Shown in pieces: positions 1-12,234 of a DNA stretch of 44,007 bases; the stretch's first letter is position 1; each line of letters opens with the position of its first letter. The notes beneath the pieces were generated by a model. It was not told the DNA's origin. It did no database searches and saw nothing but the letters and a program-made list of their open reading frames with translations. This stretch comes from Thelocarpon superellum. Taxonomy: Eukaryota. The translations under genes and the position numbers were made by a program. The stretch is from NCBI GenBank assembly GCA_026025795.1, contig JAPEUG010000111.1, forward strand, positions 1 through 44,007, in the 5' to 3' direction.

Positions 1-662
1 GCGGGCCATAAGCGACGGCTATTCGCGAGATGACTCTGCAGCTTGAGGGCACAGCAACGTGTCTCGGACTCTGTGTCCTGCTCGTCTCCCCGCATCCATG
101 AGATGAGAACTGGCTTGGCGGGGGGCAAGCTAAGCCCTGAACGCCCTCAGCCGCGGCCAGGTCGACGAGGCTGGCCATAACGTCCGTTGGGGTGCGAGAT
201 TGACCACCTGGCGTAGCTCGGCAAGATCAACCGGGCCTTGAGCAAGGATCCATCGTTTGGGCACGACAGGTGTGCTGGCGCTTGGCTTAGCCTGCCTCCC
301 CCCCCCCCCGGCCTTCTCGGCAGTCCGCCCCTACTCCAACCGGGCCGGCCAAGCGTGTTGAGTGGGGTCGGGTGACTTTCGTATCCACACATTTCCCACG
401 TCGTACCACACATCCGATCCCTGCACCGTGCATAGCTTCATTGGTCCTCCAATGTGAGGCTGCTATTCTCGACGTGATGGCCGTGCAAATCATGTCCCCC
501 ACGTCGGCCAGAGCCGCTGGCCCCCCTCTACGAATCCTACCCTTGGCAGCTCTTGATAAACCGGGCGGGTCCTGATTCAAGTCATGAGCCGGATGGTGTG
601 GGCCGGCTCGCGTCGTGCACTGATCCTCGTCCTTGGTGGATCGTGTGCACCCACGGTCCAAG

Positions 663-2465
663 ATGAGGTCCTCGCTCTTCATCCTGTCGTTGTTCGTCGT
701 GCAAGCTGACGTGGGCGTCTGCTCTTCGTCCACGGGTACCGCTGATACCAATGCTTCTGACACTGTCGGCTGGGTTCCCGACCCCAATGGTCGAGGCACA
801 CTCTCCCTCCTCATCTCCTGCGTCCTAACCCTGGGGTTATGTGTATGGACAGCGGTGCATCTCAACGTGTCCCCTGAGAACGAGACGCACATGCGAGAGT
901 ACTACAGACACTCTAAATGGCTGTTTCTCGGCATCTTTGGACCCGAGCTTCTGCTGTTTGCCGCCTGGAGGCAATGGAACTCAGCCAAGGCCATGGTCTG
1001 TGCGCATCGAGACGTCTACAGCACACCGGGAAAAGCCGACATCGAGACTAGTGATCGCGAGGTGACATATGCTCAGGTCTGCGGTGTCGGTGTCCACGCT
1101 CACGCGATACTATAGAAAGGGATGATCCCCGGCCCGGCCAGAAAACATGCGTGGACCATGGTGCACGGGTTCTATGGGAGCATGGGGGGCTTCACCTTCG
1201 AAATCGACGAGAAGCTATCGCCCTTTATTCCGGGGTATTCACAGCTTACGCTCACGGCTCGGGGTGTGGCACTTCTCGCGCAGTGTGGGCACGCCCCAGA
1301 CATCAGCCGAGAGGAGATCAAGGACAAAAGCAAGGCGGACGGACTGGCCAAGTCGCTCGTATGCCTGCAAGCGGTGTGGATGTTGATGCAAATCATTGGT
1401 CGCGTGGTTGCAAAACTTCCTGTCTCGCTGTTGGAGATCAACGTCATGGGTCATGTTGTATGTGCGCTGGGAATATATGTGCTGTGGTGGTACAAGCCAT
1501 TGGCCATCCGACAATCTACTCGGCTGCGGGGAGAGTGGACACGGCCACTGGTAGCGTACATGTTCATGAGCAGCCGGCTCAGTGGACGCGATCGATACCA
1601 GCACCAGCTTTTTCGATTCGCACGCGCCGAGCCGGAGTTGCGTTCCCTTCGATTCCGCGCTCCCTCCGCGGAGACGAAGCATCCCAAGACCGTCGTCGAC
1701 GAGGTTGAGTCCAGGCGCAACGGCAGACCCGATATTCGCGACTGCTACGCCAAGTCCGAAGGCTTCAAGTACGACACCTTTCATCCCCCACTTTTCGCCC
1801 ACGGCCATTTCCATCGCTCCACGTTCACGATCCAGGCGGCTCGGCCTCCCGATGGCCATGCAGACCGCCCAGCAGGAGGCCCAACGCAAGCCCAACTCCT
1901 GCGATGGCAGCTCGCTGCTGCGGCCGTGGAGCTATATCCCGCGGTGCAAGGTCGATTCAAGTCCGCCGGATCGTCTGACTCCAGCGAGATCACTTTCGAG
2001 CCCGAGAAGGTGGAGCAGCTCGTCATCCTGAGCGCGCAAGACTGGCCCGCCGAGGACCTACTTCGACGCGTGCCGAGTCTGATTATGGGCATGTCGGTCT
2101 GGTTCATCAGCATGGCATATGGCGCTCTCCATGCACTGGCGTGGAAGGGGCCCTTTCCCACGACGACCGAAGCCATCCTTTGGCGCAGCTCCGCCCTCTA
2201 CATCGCGGGGTCGGGCCTCGTCTGGGTGAGTGTCAATCTCTTTGCGAAGGTCTTTGCAGGCGTTGACGCCTATTGGGAGCGTCTCAACTCGCTGCGGGGC
2301 CACTGGTCCGAGCTGGTCTTCTTTGGGACGCTCTGCTTTCTGTGCGGGCTGGCCTTCATCTTCGCGAGGATGTTCTTGGTGATTGAAGCGTTCATCAGCA
2401 TCAGGCAGCTGCCGGCGGCGATTTACCAGACGCCTGATTGGACGCAGATTTTCCCTCACTTGTAA
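663..2465 (+). CDS. Uncharacterised fungal multi-pass membrane protein (family with GWV..P..RGT..L..SC..TL.LCVW.A.HLN and KDKSKAD...K.L...Q..W motifs); 2 exons
   Basis: ORFs 633-1115 and 1122-2465 are in the same frame. ATG at 663 starts a signal-peptide-like N-terminus. One intron ends at TAG 1115 (branch GCTCAC 1098), with donor at either 1062 (54 nt) or 1077 (39 nt). Motifs WTMVHGFYGSMGGF, KDKSKADG, WWYKP and the C-terminal EAFISIRQLP...W...FPHL are typical of this family. Confidence 0.85.
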
Positions 2466-3226
2466 TGGTATGGCGATCAGACGTGTGCTATCGATTCTTG
2501 GGGAGCTACCGGTTGGGGTCAAGATAAAGCATGGCATGATCGGCGTAGATTGGACATGCGGGCAATCAACCCAACAGAGTCTTCCGACATGGCCCGATTC
2601 TGTCGTCCCAACCAAGCCTCGGCTGTGGATTATAGGTGGCGGTGGGCTCATGTATGAGCCAGTGTACAAGAAAAGGTAGGCCGATCCTGGCAGGCATATC
2701 TGGTGTTATGCGTGCTCGACTCCTTCTATGTGCATTGTGCGCATGCTGGATAATGTCCAGTGCTACGATGTGCGAGCTGCGCCAACCAGCAATGAGTCTT
2801 TTGGCCTGCCAGCAGGCGACCCGGGCGCGAGAGCACACACCAGCAGGCCAGCATGTAGAAAGGCGCACATGTGGCACCCTGACTCGACTTGGTGCCAGCC
2901 AGGTCCCCAACTTTGCAAGCCTGCCGTTTCAGGTGGGGCAATCGGATAGTATCAAACCTCTGTACGATCAGATATGATATGCCATGTATCAAAGTACATC
3001 GTCGGACAGGCGCACGTCAAAAACGGGAGTGTCGCCGAGGATAAATTGAGGCGTTGGCCCACAGCTTGCACCAGCGTTGCTTGCTGTTCTACGACTGCAT
3101 TTTAACCAATTCTCCGCCTCTTGCATCTGAATCACGAATGTCGCCCGTGATCAGTCCCATACACAAGATGAAGGCATCAGGTACATTTGTCCGGGGTATG
3201 CATTTGCTGGTTCGCTTCTTGAACCC

Positions 3227-3463
3227 AGGGAGCTCGGACTGGCCGTTCAAGGCGTGCTTGTCGCCATCATCGTGCCTACGCTCTTGGCCGCGCCCACCAA
3301 GTAAGAAGACAAGCGCGAGCTGATACAATGGCCGACAATCTACCCGCAGACAGGCCCGTCCAACTACCCGGTGGGCTTCGAAGATGTATACTGCACCTCG
3401 CCCAGACCATGGGACAATTTCTGGGGCTGGAACTACCGCAACGTGACCGACGACGTCTTCTAG
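3227..3463 (+). pseudogene. Possible pseudogene of a small secreted peptide precursor (signal peptide, pro-region ending in KR, 46-aa mature part)
   Basis: A single frame reads (R)ELGLAVQGVLVAIIVPTLLAAPTK*EDKRELIQWPTIYPQTGPSNYPVGFEDVYCTSPRPWDNFWGWNYRNVTDDVF*. It has an internal TAA at 3302-3304 and AGG (3227) where an ATG would be expected. Confidence 0.35.
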
Positions 3464-4635
3464 GAGGTTCGCTGGGAGTGCACATGCAGCATCACCGACA
3501 TTTGGGCGGAGGCTTGAGGGAAGGGGGTGCGAGGGGCGAGGGGCGAGACGCCTTACCATGCGTCTTGTCAATTTGCCATAAACTCGTGCAGCGGTTCAGC
3601 TACGCTCCTTAGATTAATGATCGTGCGCATGTCGCTCGGGTATTTGAAGTTCCTGAACCCGTAGTGTGCGAGGCAGCTAGTTGACGTTATTTCGGATCCA
3701 ATTCCAGCGCCGTTTTGGCCCTTCTGCGTGGCCAAGTCGTAGCGAGCCCCATGCTGGCAATGGTGCGCAGGGAGCTATCGGCAGTCCGAGTACACGTACT
3801 TCGTACGACGCGGAGCTAGCGGACGCCGAGTGGCGCATTGTTGAGACTTCAGAAGAGCGACAGGCCAAACCCTCAACTTTGGTGGGATTTTGGAAGCCGG
3901 CCCGTGTTCAACGAGAATGGGGAGTGCAAAGGAATCCCACCCTGCCCCACTTCGTGCTGGAATCCCACCTTGCCCCACTTCGTGTAATTCTGCAATGATT
4001 ACGACCCCCTATCCTGGTGAGCCGAGGACAAGTTGGAGAGTGTCTCTCAGAGAGGTAGAGTGAATGATCACGCTGGACAGCACGGTGGTGTCTTTCGCGT
4101 CTGAGCTCAGTATTGCACATTGACCGCCAAGCACGTCGGTGTGAGCAGCACAGCGAGGAAAATGAGTGCGAATACAAACACCCGTACACGTAACCAGAAG
4201 CTTGGCATGGCGATGACGAGACCTCAGTCCCCATCGCCTGTCCTCATCTTCATCTTCCCGAGCTCGGGCTCGCTACTTTCTTCGTCTCCGTCAGTCTCTT
4301 GAGACGTTGATGCTCACTACGACCGAGGTCGCCATCAGCACCACTTACGTCTTGCTTGTCGTAGAATGAGTAAGTCTGGAGGCTTCTCTCGTTTGCAGAC
4401 ATGGATGAAATGCCACCGGTCGGAGCATAAGCACGCGTACCTGCCTGGCAGCTCCCGGATGCTGGTTCATCCCCACTCATTCGCCTATTGCCCCTCAGCC
4501 ATATCCACCAACATTCCGCTTTATGCACCTCTCCTGTTGTCACAATACACAGAGCACTTGCGGCGATCGTCCCCCCTTCCGTATCCCCTGCATTTCGCCT
4601 TCAGCTTCGGCCTGGCACACGCCTTTCATCTTTCG

Positions 4636-7621
4636 ATGAGAAGCCGTTCTGACCAGGTACCTTTCTTAGACCGCATTCGCTCGTGGGCTCGCAGCACAGT
4701 CCATGTCTCGAATGACCGTCGTCCTACGGCTGAGCGTCACCCCCGGACCATACCCTTAACTTCCGTCCGCACTCATCCTGAGCCGACGGGGCTCCCCAAC
4801 GATGTCACCGTCGCCACCACCGACCATGTCGACCAAGGCGCGTCTCATAGCCATGCGCTCCCTCGTGAGGCCGATGCCGCCGCGGCAGCGCCCCATATGC
4901 CCTCTCGACCCGCCATTGCCACGTCCAACCATGCCGAGAAATTCTCCACCATAGCCGACACGGATGCGAAGCCAGCTCTCTTCCTCCGTTTTTATCAGAC
5001 CACACGATCGATCATACTCTCGAGTTGGCTCAATCTCCTGTTGGTCTTTGTGCCCATCGGCATCGCTGTCAAGTTTGCCAATGCCAGCCCGACACTTGTC
5101 TTCGCAATGAATGCCATCGCCATTGTTCCGCTGGCGCGGCTATTAAGCTACGCCACGGAGAGCGTGGCACGTCGGATGGGTGATACAATCGGTGCCCTGA
5201 TGAACGTGACGTTTGGCAACGCCGTGGAGCTAATAATCTTGTGCGTATGATCCTTGCTCGGGATTGTTGCCCACACTCAGGCAGCTAACGCGAGACAGCA
5301 TGTATGTCACTCTTAATCGCAAGTGCGAAAGGGACGAGGATAGACTTGCGCCCCTGGCAATCGCCGAGTTCATCCCAGTCCCTCCATGTCCCTCCATATC
5401 CCTCTCCATGTCCATGTTCCCCTTTCCCCTTAGTATCCTTCCCCTGATCACTTTCCGCTATCGTATGCTCACTACTGCGTCGCTTGACGCGACTATTCTA
5501 GCATTGCACTTGTCAAGGTACGTCCTTTCGATAGTGACCCTAAATCCGACTCCGAGGCTGAAAAGAAATTGCAGAATGAGATTCGGATCGTCCAGGCGTC
5601 CCTTCTAGGCTCCATCCTCGCCAATCTCCTCTTGATCCTAGGAATGTGCTTCCTCGTGGGTGGACTACGCTTTCGCGAGCAGGTATTGATCCGAGGCCGA
5701 GACATTGGCCTGGGTGATGATCTGACGAGCGTATCCGATAGATCTACAATAGTACCGTTACCCAAATGAGTGCCTGTCTGCTTAGCCTGAGCGTCATGAG
5801 CCTGCTCTTACCGGTAGGTCGACCGATCAATTCCCCATAAACGTACCTGCTCTTTCGTTCAGATTCGCTCATCATAACGTGAGTAGACGGCCTTCCACGC
5901 ATCTTTTACCGACAGCACCCGTGCGGACCTAGCCGTGCTCAAAGTGAGCAGAGGGTCGAGCGTGGTAAGTCCTGCCCAAGATGCAGTGGCAGCGAGGTAC
6001 TGATAGCAAGCCAGATCCTCCTCCTCGTGTATGCCCTCTATCTGCTCTTCCAGCTCAAGTCCCACGCGTACATGTATGAGAGTACGCCACAGCACATTAT
6101 CGATGAAGAGTCGCATCCTGGTGTTCTCGCGGACATCATGGGCTCGTCAACTTCAACGGATACGTCCCACGGCTCCAGCAGCAGCGACTCGGACGGCTCA
6201 TCAGGCTCCCACACCACCGCGAATCGGATTCGTCGAGTGATTAGAAAGGGCAGGAAACGACGCAAGTCTAGCGTCAGCTCGAAAGACGTGCAAAGATTAT
6301 CGCCCACAACGAGAAGTGGCTCGGTCGCGTCGAGTTATCCGGTGCTGGAGAGTCGCGAGATTGGATCGGATGCCATGTCCATCGACCATGTTCCGCCGCC
6401 GCCGCTGGATGACGCGACTGGGCTCAGTGGTGATGAAGCGGATATCGACGGTATCGTCAGGCCATCGAGTCGCCGGCAACGCGCCATCAAGATCAGAGAC
6501 TTTGAGAAATCAGCCATCGCCAGAAAGGCGGCGAAGGAGTCGAAGAAACGGAGGAAAGAAGGTATCGACGTGAGGCTGAGAGAGAAAGAAGCAATTCCCT
6601 TGAAGAACGTCTTGGAAGGGGTGGCAGATGTTCAAGAACCAGAAGAAAGCCCACCTCCCATGGCCGTATCCGCCCCGGTCGTTGTCCCAGAAGCGCCAAG
6701 ATCGATGAAGCGGCCTTTCACCCTACGACAGATTTCACGGCTGTCCACATTGCCGAAGCCGACCCTCACGAATACGGGAAGCTCACAAATAATCAACATG
6801 TCTTCGGCGGGCTCGTCAGCGGGGGTAACACAACCGCGGCTGACATTCGGGATCCGACGAACGGCGTCGCTCCCGGAGCGCCTTGATCAGCAAGGCGGAA
6901 GCGTAGTGGCTCCCTTGACACAGCCGCTGTCGTATATCATGCCGTCGGCCAATGTGACGCATTTGTCGACGGAGTCAGCGGATGGGAAAGACTCGAGCAA
7001 GTACATCTCCAAGACGGCGGCCATCATCCTCTTGATCGTGAGCACCAGTCTTGTGGCTGTGTGTGCCGAGTTCTTGGTGGACAGCATCGATTACTTTGTC
7101 AGCCACACGGGGGTCAGCGAAGCCTTTGTTGGCCTCATCCTCCTGCCAATCGTGGGAAACGCGGCAGAACATGTGACGGCGGTGACAGTGGCGGCGAAGA
7201 ACAAGATGGATCTGGCGATCGGCGTGGCGTTGGGCAGCAGTATCCAGATTGGTAAGGTTGCGACCGCAGTGATGATGCCTGAAACATGCGTGCTCACCAG
7301 ACACAGCTCTCTTCGTGACCCCTGTGGTCGTGCTCCTCGGCTGGATCCTGAACAAAGACATGTCACTGTACTTCACCCTCTTCGAAACCATTTCGCTCTT
7401 CGTCTCAGCCTTCATCGTCAATTTTCTCGTCCTCGACGGCCGCAGTAACTACCTTGAGGGAGCCTTGCTTTGCGCTGCCTATGTGATCATTGCGTATGTG
7501 CTGACCCCTTCCTTCCTTCCTTCCCTTCCCGCACAGGACACTAAGGCGGTGATCGGACAGACTCGCGGCTTTCTTCTACCCTGACTCCTCCCAGCAGAGC
7601 ACGATTGGAGGATCGAGCTGA
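4636..7621 (+). CDS. VCX1: Vacuolar-type Ca2+/H+ exchanger (CAX/Vcx1 family, long-loop form); 9 exons
   Basis: Exons 4636-5240, 5299-5301, 5502-5517, 5575-5682, 5742-5813, 5887-5964, 6015-7251, 7307-7493 and 7561-7621 are all GT-AG and frame-consistent. Alpha-repeat signatures: TFGNAVE...GSILANLLL and IVGNAAEH...LGSSIQIA; also DGRSNYLEG. The symbol denotes the family; orthology was not tested. Confidence 0.93.
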
Positions 7622-8201
7622 TGAAAAGCGAAAGGGCGCGGCTGAAGAGATGGATGTCCCCAAAGTTGAATGCCTTTCCCCTAGGCCAAACAATCTTTCG
7701 TATCCAGTCTTGCCTCATTCATATTCATCACCATCACCGTCATCTCGTCTACCTTATTCTCCTTATCTACCTCACCTCACATCATCATCATCAAATCCCC
7801 GTCAATCGAGCAACCGGGCACCGCGTACAAGCCTAGCTAGTAGTAGCCAAAGAAGTAGGGAGAGAACAAGTATATCCGTTCCAAGCCGAATGAGCCGGTC
7901 TTCATCTTGGAACTCGTACTTCGTACACTTTCTATCATGAGCTCTTTTGCCGCGTAGAACCTTGCCTGACGTATGAACAATCGTTTCGCATCCGATAGAC
8001 TACATACCTTCTTTGATCTCCTTCTTATTCTCTCATCGTCAACCTACTCTTGTCTTCTTTTCCTCGTTCAACCCCTTCCTCCCATCCGACGGAACCCGAT
8101 TCATCCGCTCGTTCCTCCTCATCTATCTCCCCCACCTGCTTAGCCATCTTTCCACCCTGCTTTTGTCGAGACCATGACGCCAACTTGCTCAACGTCTCCC
8201 C

Positions 8202-9661
8202 CTAGTGACCAAGTCCCCCACTGCCGCTACGAAGCCATTGTTGCCGATCGATCTCATCGCGAAAGACGTTGGACGGAGCGCGGCCAGTACCGGGACCAGA
8301 CGCAGTGGCGGAGCCCCGTCGCTCGCGCTCGTCGTCGCCCAGCTCCCCGTCTTCGCCTTCTGTTCCGCCGGGACTGCCCACCAGACTACCCAGCCCTAGG
8401 CTGTCGCTTCGTCCATGCTGGTGGTTGGTCGGCGTAGAGGTCGCACCTCGTCGTCGGGACAGCTCCACACCGCGGTTGGGCTCGTCGCGGAAATCGCCGT
8501 CGCCTGTCGATCGTCCGTGCGAGGGAATGCCGCCATCTTCCTCGTCGTCGCTGAGCCGGATGGCGCCGCCGCGGACGCGTCCGGTTCGGAGGCGTTGTCG
8601 TCGCGATTTCCCGACACCGTAACCTCGTCGTCGGCCCATCACGTTGCCCAGCCCGATGCGACGCGTCTTGCGCGTCGACACGTAGAGGCACAGCATGATC
8701 ATGACAAGGCTACCGAGGGTGACGGGAAGTCCTACCATGAGACCGAGCTTGTTGGGCGCCTGCGTCGGAGGCGACGGCTGCGGGTAGGTCGGTGGTTTCT
8801 GAATGAGGGCCACCGTTGGTCCACCAATAGTCTTGGCTCGTGCGTCCGCCGTTGGATCCAGTTCAACCATCGTGAAGGTGAGGTTGTTCATCGAGTTGCC
8901 TTGCCGCCAGTTGTCATCCATTGTCACGGAGATGAAGCCATAATTATTCTCCGTTTTAGGCGACTCCCACGCTTGTAGACCACCGCCATTCGTGTTGACG
9001 TAGTTGAGCTCGATCAGGATGGTCGAATTCATCGGGAATGAAGTCGGATCCCACGTAACTGAGGCGGTCAGATTGGGGCTCTCGAGGCGGGGGGTAGCTA
9101 CGAAACCCACCATAGTAGCTGTCTCCAACATAGACTACACTGCCGTTGGTCGGTTGGCAAAATGGTACAAATGGTCCGGTGGGGTCGTGACAGACGGGGA
9201 ATCCGCCACTGATCGGAGTGGGCACGGACGACGCCACTAACGAAGTCGACGATGGAAGAGAGGAAGGGGAAGAAATGGGGCTGGTGGTCGAGGTGGATTG
9301 CTCCGTGGTCGTTGCAGGCTCCACATCCAAGGTTGTGGTCGATCCATCAAGCACCGTGACTCGTGGCGTCACGGTAGAGACGGATTCACCGCTGGACACA
9401 GAGACCCATGCCGATGGCTGGAATACGGAGCTTGGCACGGACGAGGGTGTTGTTGTTGTTGTAATGGAAGATGAAGACGCTGTGATGTCGATGAGCCGTT
9501 TGGCCCAAGACCAACATGCTATTGAGGTGCGGTGCACGGGGAGCCTTACTATCCACTCGTTTCTCCATTGGACCAGCCAAAACACCGTGATGGCAAGCAC
9601 CAAAAACCCACGTAGCAAGAAGCACGAGGAAAGGTCGAAACGAGTAGTCGGGCGAGTTCAT
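8202..9661 (-). CDS. Type I single-pass secretory-pathway membrane protein, Psg1/DUF4448-like; 3 exons
   Basis: Exons 9661-9550, 9479-9111 and 9058-8202. Signal peptide plus KR, an S/T-rich stretch, PFCQP.NGS..YVGDSYYVTWD, a TM segment LGLMVGLPVTLGSLVMIMLCLYV and a basic cytosolic tail (GYGVGKSRRQR). Family assignment is from motif recall. Confidence 0.8.
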
Positions 9662-9928
9662 CTCCACGTCTCGACGCGTCCAAGTCGCGAGGTACCTCTA
9701 AGGGGACCCGCAATCGAGACGTGATCGGTAGACGACGGGCCTGCTTAGCAAATCAAGCTCTCATCGACCATCGATGAACATGAGCAATTCCAGGAGAAGG
9801 CCTCAAGTGCAGGGGTAGATGGCGGCACGAGGGAAGAGAGGGGGTGGTCCAATACGACGGCAAATCACTTAGCTCCTTATTCAAGGATATCGCGCGAAGC
9901 TGTCACGCTTTCGGATCACCGAGAACTT

Positions 9929-10034
9929 TATCACGTGATATTCTCACGTGATGAGATCACGTCGCTGACGTAACCACTCACAACCGCTCGATCCGATCGG
10001 ATCGTGAACCATGGCACGGCTTTCTATCACGTGA
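9929..10034. promoter_or_regulatory. Cluster of TCACGTGA E-box (bHLH) motifs and a 16-bp palindrome upstream of the Psg1-like gene
   Basis: TATCACGTGATA 9929-9940, TCACGTGA 9944-9951, ATCACGT 9956-9962, TATCACGTGA 10025-10034; perfect palindrome CGATCCGATCGGATCG 9989-10004. Confidence 0.55.
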
Positions 10035-12199
10035 ATTCGAGCCTAGAAGTGCGGGAAGATTCTAAGCCAACGCCACGACGCGTAGCACAGGTACTAGTTT
10101 CGCAAGAAGGGCCACTAGGCTGACGGCATTGTGCCGTCCGTCATGATCAACCCGGTCCAAGGTTGAGCCGTTTCTTGTTACCCCGTTACTGCCAGTCACT
10201 TGATGAAGCCCTGCGAGAAGAGATGCCCAAGCTCGGGATGAGTGAGGTATTTGATTTGGGAGCGGGTGATTCGTGGAGCAACTAATTACGTAGATCCGAC
10301 ATCTTCCAAGCTCGATATTCGGCGCAAGGGCTTGGTCAACGCTGGTCGACTCCCCTTGCGCGATCTCTTTGCCCCAGATCGCGTGGGTGAGAGCGCACGC
10401 CAGGGTACGTGCCTCTCCGTAGGTCGAGGGCGCCGATCTAGCGTTCCGACGCGACCGGCGGGATCCGAGCCACGGTGCGTCGCGACAGGCATCAGTGCAC
10501 AGCGAGATGTACGACTATTCGAACGAGGACGGTACTGTTCACGCGTGAGATTGTGCCGAGCGTTCCCATGAGGCGGGATTGTCGATCCTCGAAGCGATGC
10601 TCCTCGTTTACGACCTTCAGGTGGTGAAACGAGAAAAGGAAGGCCTGGCGACGCTCGCGTATGCCGGCACCGACGGGCCGTTCACCGCCTGCAGATGGCT
10701 CTAGCAGGGGGGACGCTCCTGGCTAAGGCTGGGGAGGGGGAAGGGAAAAAAAGCAAACCGCAGGCATGTTTCGGATGTACTATCATTGGATTAGCCTGCA
10801 GAGACATCCTGGCCGTCAACGACAGATCCTGGACGGGGATCCGATAGACCCTGAGCATGCCATGTGGAACGCACAGAGCATCGCAACAGAGATTCTGCAG
10901 GTTACAGCAGCGAAGGAGCGGCGACGTGGAGATCGTTGGCGCCTCGGCGGAGAAGGGAGAGCGCTGAGCGATATACGCAGCAGGCACTCGGATGTGCGAA
11001 TGCCATTCGTTGGACGATGGCGATTGCAGGCCGCCAAGAGGAGTCAGGAGCCGCAGTGCGGCATGGTGAGAACCGGGAGCCGACGCGGACGCTGCGGCTG
11101 TTGCAGTTTTGCTGCAGCAGAGAATGACACTGTAGCCACGCGCTCGGTCGCTCTGCTCGGTGCGACAGTGGCGAAACGCACGCGGCGGCCAAGCCATCTC
11201 CTCGTCTCCCGAGCAGACTCATAGAGCCGTAGAGCTGCCTGGGCCCGGATCGTATTACCCCATACCTCAGCACGACGTTGAAACTCTACCGCAAAGAGAG
11301 TTGTGAGCTATCTATTTGGTCCCTTGGAAAAAAAAGCGGCAGCGGGCCGCGCGTGGCAGAGTGGCAGAAAGGCCGAAGGGCAGAACCGCCACATCATTTC
11401 ATTGTTGCGACACGCCAGAAAGTGACAAACTCGACCATAGTGGATGCGGGAATGGCGCAACACCCGCCCGCCCCGTCTCGGGTGAAGCCTTCCGACAGAG
11501 CATGGCGGCTCGGTGATCGGCTCCGCACGCGGCCAGTCCTGAAGCTGCCACCTTGTAGAACTTGAGTAGTCTTCATCCAGCGCCCGAAAATTACGGAGTG
11601 CTGGAACTTGAGCGACTCTAGTTCCGCGACCAAGCTCCGGGTGCTCGCACCACAGGCTGGGGGCCAGGGCCGCCGGTGGATGGCGGAACGGATCATACGA
11701 GGGCATTGCTCGAGTATGAAGAGGGGTGCCGGCGACACCGAGCAGTGAGCGGGTCGCCGTCGCCATCGTCGTCACGAACCGTTACGTGAACTGTTACGTG
11801 AACCGCCAGTCCGTGGCTCGATGGGCCATGACTGCGCTCTACCGCGCCGGCCGCTGGCATCCTCGAAGTGACTCCAGCCGCCATTAGGCCTGCACCGCGC
11901 GTCCGCTACGCTTGGGGCGAGTACCGCCGCTGCGGATGCCGACGCTCATTCCCGCTCTTCGGGAGGTACTTGATGCGTCGACGCTTTCAGTGGACAGGCT
12001 CCACAAGCCTCATGTCATCATTGCCTACTTCACGCGAGGACGCGCCGATGAGGCAGCGATCGCCGGCGCTCTGGCCAACGAAGGTCGGTGGTGGCAGGGG
12101 CTGGGCGGTCGACACTTCCTCGCTGTCGCCCGCATGCAGATATGCAAGGACGGCGAGCAGACAAGCCGCCCCGGCTTTGGCCAAACGAAGGTGGAAATC

Positions 12200-12234
12200 G
12201 GAAGCCGGAAGCCGGACGCCGGACGCCGGACGCC
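12200..12234. repeat. 7-bp tandem repeat GGA(A/C)GCC x5
   Basis: Read directly from the sequence: ggaagcc ggaagcc ggacgcc ggacgcc ggacgcc. Confidence 0.9.

Noticed and set aside
7618..7650. CTGATGA..GAAA hammerhead-like core (CTGATGA also near 34213 on the - strand and at 43276)
   Set aside because: No stem II or flanking helices could be formed.
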